NCBI GenBank assembly: GCA_035502035.1
Contig: DATJUZ010000028.1
Coordinates: 1,639 to 65,638 of the forward strand
Origin: Thermoplasmata archaeon
GTDB lineage: Archaea > Thermoplasmatota > Thermoplasmata > Lutacidiplasmatales > UBA184
Length of the DNA stretch: 64,000 bases
Direction of reading: 5' to 3'
In this document: positions 35,292 through 44,038 of the stretch, piece after piece
How positions within the stretch are numbered: the first letter of the stretch is position 1
How the letters are laid out: the number at the start of each line of letters is the position of its first letter
Made by a program: the position numbers and the translations under genes
Notes under the pieces: model-generated
The model's database searches: none
The model's input: the letters and a program-made list of their open reading frames with translations, nothing else
What the model was told of the DNA's origin: nothing

Positions 35292-36671
35292 TTGGTCCGC
35301 TGGATCTCGGACGAGGCCGGCGAGGAGGCGGCGCTGCTCCAGGCGCTCGGGCTTCCCTCGACCGAGGAGCTGTTCCGGGACGTCCCGAAGAAGGCCCGCC
35401 TCGGGCGTCTCGGGGTCGGGGCGGCCCGCGAGGAGGAGGAGGTCGTCGCGGAGGTCGACCGCCTGCTCGAGCGCAACCGGCCGCTCGGCCGGTTCGCGAA
35501 CTTCCTCGGCGGGCGCATCGCCTCGAGGTACCTGCCGGCCGCGGTCGACGCGATCGTCGCGCGGAGCGAGTTCTACACCTCGTACACTCCGTACCAGGCC
35601 GAGGCGAGCCAGGGGATGCTTCGGGCGCTCTTCGAGTTCCAGAGCCTCTGGGTCGAGCTCTCCGGCGTGGACGTCGCGAACGCCTCGCTGTACGACGGGG
35701 CGAGCGCCGCCGGCGAGGCGCTCCTGTTCTGCCGACGTCTGCACGAGGGTCGACGGTTCCTCGTGCCGGCGAGCCTCCCGTGGGAGGAGAAGAGCGTCCT
35801 CGCCAACTACGCGAGTGGCCCGGGCCTCGTCGTCGAGGAGGTCCCGTACGACGACCGGACCGGTCTCCTCGACCTCGGCTTCGTGCGCAACGCCGTGGGG
35901 AAGGGCGACGTCTTCGGTCTCCTCGCCGACGTGCCGAACGGCTTCGGCATCCTGGACGAGCAGCTCTTCGAGCTGAAGGCGACGCTCGGGGAGGTCCCGT
36001 ACGTCGTGGCGGCCGACCCCCTCGCGCTCAGCGTCCTGGAGCCCCCCGGGGCCTACGGCGCGGACGTCGTCGTGGGCGAGGGCCAGGGGTTCGGCATCCC
36101 GCCGTCGTTCGGCGGCCCCCTGCTCGGCCTGTTCGCCTGCCGGCGCGAGCACCTGCGCCAGCTCCCCGGACGGGTCGTCGGGGCGACGGTGGACGCCTAC
36201 GGCCGTCCGGCCTACACCCTGACGCTCCAGACCCGGGAGCAGCACATCCGTCGCAGCCGGGCGACCTCGAACATCTGCACGAACGAGTCGCTCATGGCGC
36301 TCGCGTTCGTCGTCTACGCGAGCGTCGTCGGCCCGAAAGGGCTCGCGTCGCTCGAGACGTCCCTCGCGGAGAAGGCGAGGACCCTCGCCTCGGCGCTCGG
36401 TTCGATCAGCGGCCTTAGGGCCCCGCGGTTCGACGCGCCGTACCTCGGCGAGTTCACGCTCGAGCTCGGCCGCGGCACGACGGCGGCCTTCGTCGACCGC
36501 CTGCGGCGGCGGCGCATCCTGGCGGGGACCCCGCTCGGCGACCCGCGCCCGGGTTCGCCGAAGGGCCCGGAGCGGCTCCTGGTCGCGCCGTCGCCTTCGG
36601 TCGGGGAGAAGGAGATCGCCCGGTACGCCACCGCCGCGAAGGCCTGGTCGGCCTCCTCGGGAGGCTCATGA
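35292..36671 (+). CDS. gcvPA: Glycine dehydrogenase (decarboxylating) subunit 1
   Basis: Supporting sequences are SYTPYQAEASQGMLRALFEFQ and ATSNICTNESL. I propose a TTG start at 35292 (VRWISDEAGEE...), downstream of the TATA-like GATTTATG. The start is uncertain. Confidence 0.85.
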   Translation: MVRWISDEAGEEAALLQALGLPSTEELFRDVPKKARLGRLGVGAAREEEEVVAEVDRLLERNRPLGRFANFLGGRIASRYLPAAVDAIVARSEFYTSYTPYQAEASQGMLRALFEFQSLWVELSGVDVANASLYDGASAAGEALLFCRRLHEGRRFLVPASLPWEEKSVLANYASGPGLVVEEVPYDDRTGLLDLGFVRNAVGKGDVFGLLADVPNGFGILDEQLFELKATLGEVPYVVAADPLALSVLEPPGAYGADVVVGEGQGFGIPPSFGGPLLGLFACRREHLRQLPGRVVGATVDAYGRPAYTLTLQTREQHIRRSRATSNICTNESLMALAFVVYASVVGPKGLASLETSLAEKARTLASALGSISGLRAPRFDAPYLGEFTLELGRGTTAAFVDRLRRRRILAGTPLGDPRPGSPKGPERLLVAPSPSVGEKEIARYATAAKAWSASSGGS

Positions 36672-38137
36672 GCTACCGCCAAGCGCGCTGGGAAGAACCG
36701 GCGCTCTGGGACCTCGCCCACGCCCACGCTCCGGAGGCCGCGCCGGCGATCCCCGGGGTGCCGGATCGGTTCCGCCGCCGGCAGGCGTTGCGCTGGCCCG
36801 AGCTCAGCGAGCCGACCGTCGTGCGTCACTACACCCGTCTCTCGCAGATGAACTTCGGGATCGACTCCGGCGTCTATCCGCTCGGCTCGTGCACGATGAA
36901 GTACAACCCGAAGGTCTCCGAGCTCCTCGCCCGGCGTCCGGGGGCGGCCCAGCTCCACCCGTACCAGCCGGAGGCGACGGTCCAGGGCTCGCTCGAGATC
37001 AGCTGGCGCCTCGAGCGCCTGCTCGCGAAGATCACCGGCTTCCACGAGGTCTCCCTGCAGCCGGCCGCCGGCGCGCACGGCGAGTACACCGCGCTGCTGA
37101 TGGTGAAGGCCCACTTCCGCGAGCTCGGCGAGCCCGAGCGGAGGACGGAGGTCCTCCTGCCGGACACCGCCCACGGCACGAACCCGGCGTCGGCGAGCAT
37201 GGCCGGCTTCGTCACCCGGGAGATCCCGTCGAAGGACGGATGCGTCGACCTCGGCGCGCTGAAGGCCGCGCTCTCCGAGCGGACGGCGTGCTTCATGCTC
37301 ACGAACCCGAACACGGCCGGCCTGTTCGAGAGCGAGATCCTCGAGATCGCCGAGGCGGTCCACGGCGCCGGGGCGATGCTCTACTACGACGGCGCGAACC
37401 TCAACGCGATCCTCGGGGTCACGAATCCCGGCCGGATGGGGTTCGACATCGCCCACCTGAACCTCCACAAGACGTTCGCGACGCCGCACGGGGGCGGCGG
37501 GCCCGGCGCGGGCGTGATCGGCGCCGGCGAGACGCTCGCGCCGTACCTTCCCGTCCCCCGCGTGGCGAAGGCCGGCCGGCGCTTCCGTCTCGACTACGAC
37601 CGGCCCCGCTCGATCGGCAAGGTGAAGCTCGCCTACGGGAACTTCGGCCTCGACCTCCGAGCGTACGCGTTCATCCTCGCGCACGGCGAGGAGGGGCTCA
37701 AGCACATCGCGCGGCGCGCCGTGCTGAACTCGAACTACCTCGGCGCGCGCCTGGGCCGCCGGCTCCCCCGGCCGTTCCGTACCCTCGTGAAGCACGAGTT
37801 CGTGCTCTCCGGAGCGCCGCTGCGCGAGAAGGGGGTGCGCACGCTCGACCTCGCGAAGCGCCTCCTGGACGAGGGAGTCCACGCGCCGACCGTCTACTTC
37901 CCGACGCTGGTCGAGGAGGCGCTGATGATCGAGCTGCCCGAGACCGAGTCCAAGCGGGAGCTCGACGAGTTCGCCGCGGCGGTCGAGCGGGCGCTCGACG
38001 ACAGCCCCGAGCACCTCCGGGCCGCGCCGACCTCCTGCAGCGTCGCTCGGATCGACGAGGTGCGCGCCGCGCGCGAGCCGGTCCTCTCCTGGAAGGACGT
38101 GCGGGCGGCCGGCTCCGCAAAGGTTGAAACCCCGTAG
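36668..38137 (+). CDS. gcvPB: Glycine dehydrogenase (decarboxylating) subunit 2
   Basis: NLHKTFATPHGGGGPG marks the PLP-lysine region. ATGA overlap with gcvPA. Confidence 0.9.
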   Translation: MSYRQARWEEPALWDLAHAHAPEAAPAIPGVPDRFRRRQALRWPELSEPTVVRHYTRLSQMNFGIDSGVYPLGSCTMKYNPKVSELLARRPGAAQLHPYQPEATVQGSLEISWRLERLLAKITGFHEVSLQPAAGAHGEYTALLMVKAHFRELGEPERRTEVLLPDTAHGTNPASASMAGFVTREIPSKDGCVDLGALKAALSERTACFMLTNPNTAGLFESEILEIAEAVHGAGAMLYYDGANLNAILGVTNPGRMGFDIAHLNLHKTFATPHGGGGPGAGVIGAGETLAPYLPVPRVAKAGRRFRLDYDRPRSIGKVKLAYGNFGLDLRAYAFILAHGEEGLKHIARRAVLNSNYLGARLGRRLPRPFRTLVKHEFVLSGAPLREKGVRTLDLAKRLLDEGVHAPTVYFPTLVEEALMIELPETESKRELDEFAAAVERALDDSPEHLRAAPTSCSVARIDEVRAAREPVLSWKDVRAAGSAKVETP

Positions 38138-38152
38138 CCTTTCGCGCCGCCG

Positions 38153-39259
38153 ATGAAGGAGCGCGTGCTCAAGGTCTTCGCCGGGATCGACCCGTCCATC
38201 GACACCCTCGTGGTCGCGAACGCCGTCGAGCCCCACCTCGATCAGACGTTCTTCTACCTGTTCGACGTCCCCAGCGGGCTCTTCGAGGGCTCGGTCGCCA
38301 TCGCGCATCGCGACGGGGGCCTGGACGTCCTCACGACGCCGCTCGAGGCGCAGAGCGCGCAGGAGGCGGCGAAGCGCGACCCGTCGGTGCGCGTCCACAC
38401 GGTCGAGCGCGACGGCGCCGACCCGTTCGTCGACAAGATCCTTGCCGGGACCGGGTCGGTCGCGCTCAACTTCGCCGAGCTGACCCACGGCTGGTACACG
38501 CGGCTCGAGAAGCTGCGGCCGAAGACGAAGTGGGTCGACGCCTCCGCCGCCCTGCGGAAGGCACGGGCGACGAAGGACGCCGAGGAGATCGCCCGCCTGC
38601 GCAAGGCGGCGGAGATCGGCTCGCAGGTCGGCGGCGAGATCCCCTCGATGCTGCGGACCGGCATCACCGAGCTCGAGCTCGCGGCGGAGATCGAGTACCG
38701 CATGAACCGCCTCGGAGCGAGCGGCCGCTCGTTCGGCACCATCGTCGGCTTCGGGCCCCACGGCGCCGAGCCGCACTACCAGCCGGACGGGACGCCGCTG
38801 CGGCCGGGGCAGTCGATCGTCTGCGACTACGGGGCGTTCTACCGGCGGTACGCGAGCGACATCACGCGCTCGTTCCGCTTCGGCCCGCGGGACGCCGAGC
38901 TCAAGGAGGCGCACGAGACGGTCGAGCGCGCCCAGCGGGCGGCGCTCGACACGATCCGGCCGGGCGTCCCGGCGCGGGACGTCCACCTCGCCGCCGCCGC
39001 GGTGATCGACGCGTCGAAGTTCAAGGGGCGCCTCATCCACGGCGTGGGCCACTCGATCGGGCTCGCCGTCCACGACGGGTGGTACTACGGTCCGAAGATC
39101 GACGACCCGCTCGAGGTCGGCATGGTCTTCACCGTAGAGCCCGGTGTCTACCTGCCCGGCAAGGGCGGCGTCCGCATCGAGGACGACGTCGTGGTCACCC
39201 CCGGCGGCTTCGAGTTCCTTTCCACGACCCCCCGGGGCTACCTCGAGGTCGCCTCGTGA
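38153..39259 (+). CDS. pepQ: M24B family Xaa-Pro peptidase
   Basis: Metal-ligand motifs are HGVGHSIGLAVHD and EPGVYLPGKGGVRIEDDVVVT. Confidence 0.85.
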   Translation: MKERVLKVFAGIDPSIDTLVVANAVEPHLDQTFFYLFDVPSGLFEGSVAIAHRDGGLDVLTTPLEAQSAQEAAKRDPSVRVHTVERDGADPFVDKILAGTGSVALNFAELTHGWYTRLEKLRPKTKWVDASAALRKARATKDAEEIARLRKAAEIGSQVGGEIPSMLRTGITELELAAEIEYRMNRLGASGRSFGTIVGFGPHGAEPHYQPDGTPLRPGQSIVCDYGAFYRRYASDITRSFRFGPRDAELKEAHETVERAQRAALDTIRPGVPARDVHLAAAAVIDASKFKGRLIHGVGHSIGLAVHDGWYYGPKIDDPLEVGMVFTVEPGVYLPGKGGVRIEDDVVVTPGGFEFLSTTPRGYLEVAS

Positions 39260-40278
39260 GGTTCGGGGTCCTCACCGGGGGCGGCGACTGCCCCGGGCTG
39301 AACCCGGCGATCCGGGCGGTCGTGCGCCGGGCCGCCGCGGGCGGCCACGCCACGCTCGGGTTCCTGGACGGCTGGAAGGGGCTGCGCGACGACCGCTCCA
39401 GGCCTCTCGGCGCGGAGGAGGTCGTCGGCCTCGAGCGGCGGGGCGGCACGATCCTCGGCACGTCCCGGACGAACCCGTTCAAGAGCCCGGTGGACGCCGG
39501 GAAGGTCGTCGCGACGCTCGAGCACCACGCGATCGACGCCCTGGTCGCCATCGGGGGGGACGACACCCTGGGGGCCGCCCGGGAGCTCCACCGGCGAGGC
39601 AAGGCGGTCGTCGGCGTCCCGAAGACGATGGACAACGACGTTGGGGGGACCGACTGGACGTTCGGCTTCCACTCCGCGGTCGCCGTCGCGGTCGACGCCC
39701 TCGAGCGCCTCCGAGACACCGCGGCGAGCCACCATCGGGCGATCGTCCTCGAGGTGATGGGACGGGACGCGGGCTGGGTCGCGCTCGCGACCGGGCTGGC
39801 CGGCGGCGCGGACGCGACGCTGGTCCCCGAGGAGGCGTACGACGAGGCGGCGCTCCTCGCCAAGGTCCGTCGGGCGCTCGCCGCCCGTACCTACGCGGTC
39901 GTCGTCGCGAGCGAGGGCGTCGACCTCGGCCTCGCCGCCGGTTCGACCGGGGCGAAGGATGAGTTCGGGCACGAGCTGCTCGGCGAGCGTGGGGTCGGGG
40001 CCGAGCTCGCCCGCCGCATCGCCTCGGCGACCGGCGCGGAGAGCCGCAGCGCCCAGATCGGGCACATCCAGCGGGGAGGGGCGCCCGAGCTGTTCGACCG
40101 GCTCCTCGCGAGCCGGCTCGGGGCGGCCGCGGTCGACCTCGCCCTCGCCGGGCGGTTCGGCGAGGTCGCGGTCCTGCGCGGACGGGAGATCGTCGGGATC
40201 CCCCTGGACGAGGCGCTCCGGGAGAATCGGCGCGTGAGCGCCGACTGGCTCGACCTCCTGCACACGTTCGACGCCTAG
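39256..40278 (+). CDS. pfp: PfkA-family 6-phosphofructokinase, predicted pyrophosphate-dependent
   Basis: Motifs are GGGDCPGLN, IGGDDTLGAA, VPKTMDNDV and MGRDAGW. The GGDD Asp and the PKT Lys correspond to the residues that distinguish PPi- from ATP-dependent PfkA enzymes. GTG 39256 overlaps the pepQ stop (GTGA). Confidence 0.85.
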   Translation: MRFGVLTGGGDCPGLNPAIRAVVRRAAAGGHATLGFLDGWKGLRDDRSRPLGAEEVVGLERRGGTILGTSRTNPFKSPVDAGKVVATLEHHAIDALVAIGGDDTLGAARELHRRGKAVVGVPKTMDNDVGGTDWTFGFHSAVAVAVDALERLRDTAASHHRAIVLEVMGRDAGWVALATGLAGGADATLVPEEAYDEAALLAKVRRALAARTYAVVVASEGVDLGLAAGSTGAKDEFGHELLGERGVGAELARRIASATGAESRSAQIGHIQRGGAPELFDRLLASRLGAAAVDLALAGRFGEVAVLRGREIVGIPLDEALRENRRVSADWLDLLHTFDA

Positions 40279-40286
40279 GAGCCGCG

Positions 40287-41291
40287 ATGGCGGTCCGGGC
40301 GCTCTGGTGGGACCGCGGCGCCCTCGCCCTGCTCGACCAGCGGGCGCTCCCCCGGCGCGCGGTCGTGCTGCGGCTGCGTCGGCTCGAGGCCGTCGCCGAC
40401 GCGATCCGGACCATGGCGGTCCGCGGGGCGCCGGCGATCGGCGTGGCGGCCGCCTACGGCATGGCGTTGGGGGCCCGCGAGGGCCTCGCGCCGGACGTGG
40501 CGGCGGCGCGGCTCGGCTCGACCCGCCCCACCGCGGTCGACCTGTTCGTCGGCATCGACGCCGTCCGCCAGGCCTGGGAGGCCGGCGACGACCCGCTCGA
40601 GGCGGCTCACGGCTACCGTGCGCGCGTGGTCGAGGAGTGCCACCGGATCGGTGAGGCCGGCGCCCCGCTCCTCCGGCGGGCGCACGGCGTGCTGACGCAC
40701 TGCAACGCCGGCGCCCTCGCGACGGTCGAGTGGGGGACGGCGCTCGCGCCGATCCGCGTCGCCCGGCAGCGCGGCGCGGACCTGTTCGTCTTCGTGGACG
40801 AAACGCGACCGCTGCTGCAGGGGGCGCGCCTCACGGCCTGGGAGCTCGCTCGGGAGCGGATCCCGCACGCGGTGATCGCCGACAATGCGGCCGGACACTA
40901 TCTGGCGCGCGGGGAGGTCGATGCCGTGATCGTCGGCGCCGACCGGATCGCCCGGAACGGCGACTTCGCCAACAAGATCGGGACGTACGAGAAGGCGGTC
41001 GTCGCCCGGGAGAACGGCGTGCCGTTCTACGTCGCCGCCCCGTGGACGACGTTCGATCACCGGAGACCCACCGGCCGGTCGATCCCGGTGGAGGAGCGTG
41101 CACCGGAGGAGGTGCTCGAGCTCGCCGGACGTGCGGTCGCCCCGAAGGCGAGCCCTGCCCGCAACCCGGCGTTCGACGTCACGCCGGCGAAGTTCGTGAG
41201 CGCGTTCGTCACACCGGACGGTGTCGTCCGGCCCGGCGAGCTCGCCGCACGTCTCGCTGTGCGCTCGCGCAGGCGGCCCGCCGCCCGCTAG
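40287..41291 (+). CDS. mtnA: Methylthioribose-1-phosphate isomerase (eIF-2B alpha/beta/delta-like, MtnA type)
   Basis: LALLDQRALP ... MAVRGAPAIGVAAAYG is an MtnA-type N-terminal extension, which short ribose-1,5-bisphosphate isomerases lack. Confidence 0.8.
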   Translation: MAVRALWWDRGALALLDQRALPRRAVVLRLRRLEAVADAIRTMAVRGAPAIGVAAAYGMALGAREGLAPDVAAARLGSTRPTAVDLFVGIDAVRQAWEAGDDPLEAAHGYRARVVEECHRIGEAGAPLLRRAHGVLTHCNAGALATVEWGTALAPIRVARQRGADLFVFVDETRPLLQGARLTAWELARERIPHAVIADNAAGHYLARGEVDAVIVGADRIARNGDFANKIGTYEKAVVARENGVPFYVAAPWTTFDHRRPTGRSIPVEERAPEEVLELAGRAVAPKASPARNPAFDVTPAKFVSAFVTPDGVVRPGELAARLAVRSRRRPAAR

Positions 41292-41309
41292 GGGGCACGG
41301 CCCCTTCCC

Positions 41310-41462
41310 TCACGAGGGGAGAAGGGGCTGGCCGAGAAAGAGTTCCGCGTCGCGTACGGCCGCCCCGACGCCGGCGCTGATGTCGACGCCGAGGTGGTGG
41401 AGCGCGAGGACGAGGCCGAGAACGGCCACGACCGTGACGAACCAGCCGGTTGCTGCGCTCAT
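41310..41462 (-). CDS. Possible small membrane protein (50 aa)
   Basis: MSAATGWFVTVVAVLGLVLALHHLG forms one TM helix. Weak evidence only. Confidence 0.2.
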   Translation of the reverse strand: MSAATGWFVTVVAVLGLVLALHHLGVDISAGVGAAVRDAELFLGQPLLPS

Positions 41463-41794
41463 CGCTCTCACCGCCGAAGGCAGGGGCCGCTTCGGACGAC
41501 GCGGTACAAAAACGTCGGGGTCCAAGCGCAGCGCAGGCCGACCCTAGCCCTCGGTTGAGCTCCCGCCGAACGCGCGCGCCCGCGCGCGTGCCCCGGCGAG
41601 GGGGCGGATCGAGCCGCGAGGGGCCGCAGGGGCGACGGTCGCGGGGTCTTGCTGCGCCGGGCCCCGAGGTCCTTGCCGCGAGACCGGCGGCGCGCCGGCC
41701 GGTCCGTCGGGGGCCTCATCCCCCGCCCCCTCGGAGCGGGAGCCCCGCGGCGCGGGTAATCCTCATAGCGTGGAGCGGATACGCCGGCGGGCGT

Positions 41795-41897
41795 GCCCTG
41801 GTAGTCTAGCGGTCTAGGATCTAGGTCTGTCGAGCCTGGGACTCGGGTTCGAACGTTCGGAGGTCTCCCCTCCGGACCGGAACTCCCGACCAGGGCG
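41795..41897 (+). tRNA. tRNA-Asp (GUC) interrupted by a ~30-nt intron in the T-loop; no encoded CCA
   Basis: Acceptor stem GCCCTGG/CCAGGGC is a perfect 7 bp. The D-arm is GTCT-AGCGGTCTA-GGAT. The anticodon arm is TAGGT-CTGTCGA-GCCTG, with GTC at 41829-41831. The T-stem is TCGGG/CCCGA. TTCGAA (41848-41853) is separated from T+CCCGA (41884-41889) by CGTTCGGAGGTCTCCCCTCCGGACCGGAAC. Confidence 0.8.
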
Positions 41898-41954
41898 CTC
41901 CCCCGGGCTGACGACCCCGCCGGGTTATCCTCGGCGCGCCCCTACGACCGGGTC

Positions 41955-42776
41955 GTGAGTCGCTCCGCCGAGAACGACGGGTCCCGCAAGGCGGCGAGCC
42001 CGTACCTTTCCCACATCGTCGGCGACGCGCTCCGGGGGCTCACGGAGAAGCGCCTGCTGGAGCTCGTCCGTGCCGAGCCGGTCCCGGCGCACCTCGCGAT
42101 CATCATGGACGGCAACCGTCGCTTCGCCCGGACCCAGGGGCTCGGGATCAAGGACGGCCACGCGCGTGGCCGTGACACGCTCGAGGAGCTGCTCAACTGG
42201 TGCCTCGACCTGCAGATCCGCATCCTCACCGTCTACGCGCTCTCGACCGAGAACCTCCTGCGCGCCCCGGACGAGGTGGAGGGACTGATGGAGCTGTTCG
42301 ACCGGGCGCTCCGGGACATCGCGACGGACGAGCGCGTGCACCGCCATCAGATCCGGGTCCGCGTCCTCGGCAACCGGGATCTGCTGCCGGCCCGGGTCCG
42401 GGAGGCGGTCGAGATCGCGGAGTCGGCGACCCGCCACTACGACGCCTACCACTACAACGTCGCCCTCGGCTACGGGGGCCGCGACGAGATCGTCCAGGCG
42501 ATCCGGGCGATCGCCGAGGAGGTCAGGGTCGGCGGGCTCGACCCGCAGCGGATCGACTCGGCGATGGTCGCCCGACACCTGTACACGGCGGACCTGCCGG
42601 ACCCGGACCTCATCCTCCGGACAAGCGGCGAGGAGCGGATCTCCAACTTCCTGCTCTGGCAGTCGGCCTACAGCGAGCTCTACTTCTCGGACGTCCTGTG
42701 GCCGGGGCTCACGCGTCTCGAGTTCCTGCGGGCGATCCGGACGTTCCAGTTGCGGCGGCGCCGCTACGGGGAGTAG
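41955..42776 (+). CDS. uppS: cis-prenyltransferase (undecaprenyl diphosphate synthase family)
   Basis: Motifs are HLAIIMDGNRRFAR and RTSGEERISNFLLWQSAYSELYF. The start is GTG. Confidence 0.9.
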   Translation: MSRSAENDGSRKAASPYLSHIVGDALRGLTEKRLLELVRAEPVPAHLAIIMDGNRRFARTQGLGIKDGHARGRDTLEELLNWCLDLQIRILTVYALSTENLLRAPDEVEGLMELFDRALRDIATDERVHRHQIRVRVLGNRDLLPARVREAVEIAESATRHYDAYHYNVALGYGGRDEIVQAIRAIAEEVRVGGLDPQRIDSAMVARHLYTADLPDPDLILRTSGEERISNFLLWQSAYSELYFSDVLWPGLTRLEFLRAIRTFQLRRRRYGE

Positions 42777-44022
42777 GCCCGGGGGGCCGGTAGCCGAGCC
42801 GGCGCAGCGCCCGGGGGACGAGGAAGACGACCCCGGTGACGACCCAGAGCAGCCCGACCGCGAGGTACGTCGTGCGCGGTCCGTACCCCGAGACGAGCAG
42901 CGCGCCGCCGAGCTGGGCCGCCGGGAGGATCGCGATGCTCCCGAAACTGTCGACGCCGAAGTAGCGGCCCTGCATCTCGGTCGGGACGAGGAGCTGCGCG
43001 GCCGTCAGCCACGCGGTGCCGGCGAAACCGGCGAGGCCCCCCAGGGCAAACAGCGCCGCGAAGGCGACCGGGAGCGACGGCCAGGCAGCGAGGACGACCA
43101 CCACGGCGCCGGACGCGACCCCGTACGGGACCGTCCACGCCGCGCCCGCCCAGCGTACCGCCCCGAGCCGGCCGACGAGCAGCGAGCCCAGCCCCGTGCC
43201 GGCGACCTCGGCGGCCAGCAACAGGGCGTAGGTGAGCGCCCCGCTGTGCAGCACGAGCGTCGCGAAGAAGACGAGGAACGTCCCGACGACCCCGGAGCAG
43301 AAGTTGAAGAACGTGGCGGAGACCGTCAGCTGGAGGAACCCTTTCGCGCCCCAGAGCCAGCGGAAGCCGGCCGCGAGGTCGGCGAAGTACGACGGCAGGA
43401 CCGCACCGCCCGGCCGCGGCCTCGCCGGACCGATGCGCATGCCCGTGATCAGCGAGGCGGAGAGCGCGAAGGTGATCGCGTTCGCCCCGAGTCCCCAGAC
43501 CGGCCCGACCGAGACGAGCAGGACCCCGGCGACGGCCGCGCCGACGAACTGGAGCGCCGAGCGGCTCGACCGCACGAGACCGTTCGCGTCGGCGACGTGC
43601 TCTCCGGGGACGATCTGGGGAACGAGCGCCTGCTCCGCCGGGTTGAAGACCGTCGTGAACGCGCCGACGACCGCGTACGCCGCGAGGAGCGAGGCGAGGT
43701 CGAACCCGCGTACCGCGAGCTCGATGGTCACCGAGGCCATGGCCGCCGCCCGCGCGACGTCCGCGAGGATCATCAGGCGGCGGCGGTCGTACCGGTCGAC
43801 GAGCGCGCCCCCGAAGACGCTGAACGCGAGCGCGGAGCCGACCCAGGCGACGGCGAGGAGGCCCACGTCCAGCGCCGAGCCGGTCCGCTCCGCGACGATC
43901 CAGACCAGGCAGACGCTGGCGATCGCCGAGCCGGCGACCGAGCCGAGCCCCGCCGCGAAGACCCGAACGTAGTTCGCGTTCCGCATCAACGCGGCGTACG
44001 ACGCGGCGGAGCGCTCGGTCAT
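42709..44022 (-). CDS. MFS transporter (MFS_3/EntS-like)
   Basis: ATG 44022 (MTERSAASYAALMRNANYVRVF...) lies inside track ORF 42709..44556. Supporting sequence is GGALVDRYDRRRLMILAD, with about 12 TMS. The 3' end overlaps uppS convergently. Confidence 0.8.
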   Translation of the reverse strand: MTERSAASYAALMRNANYVRVFAAGLGSVAGSAIASVCLVWIVAERTGSALDVGLLAVAWVGSALAFSVFGGALVDRYDRRRLMILADVARAAAMASVTIELAVRGFDLASLLAAYAVVGAFTTVFNPAEQALVPQIVPGEHVADANGLVRSSRSALQFVGAAVAGVLLVSVGPVWGLGANAITFALSASLITGMRIGPARPRPGGAVLPSYFADLAAGFRWLWGAKGFLQLTVSATFFNFCSGVVGTFLVFFATLVLHSGALTYALLLAAEVAGTGLGSLLVGRLGAVRWAGAAWTVPYGVASGAVVVVLAAWPSLPVAFAALFALGGLAGFAGTAWLTAAQLLVPTEMQGRYFGVDSFGSIAILPAAQLGGALLVSGYGPRTTYLAVGLLWVVTGVVFLVPRALRRLGYRPPGPTPRSGAAATGTSGSPAGTRDA

Positions 44023-44038
44023 CGGCGGTCGGTCCGCG

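Noticed and set aside
40287-41291. Calling the eIF-2B-like gene a ribose-1,5-bisphosphate isomerase or a translation factor subunit.
   Set aside because: The N-terminal LLDQRALP extension and overall length fit MtnA-type isomerases. The assignment remains family-level only.
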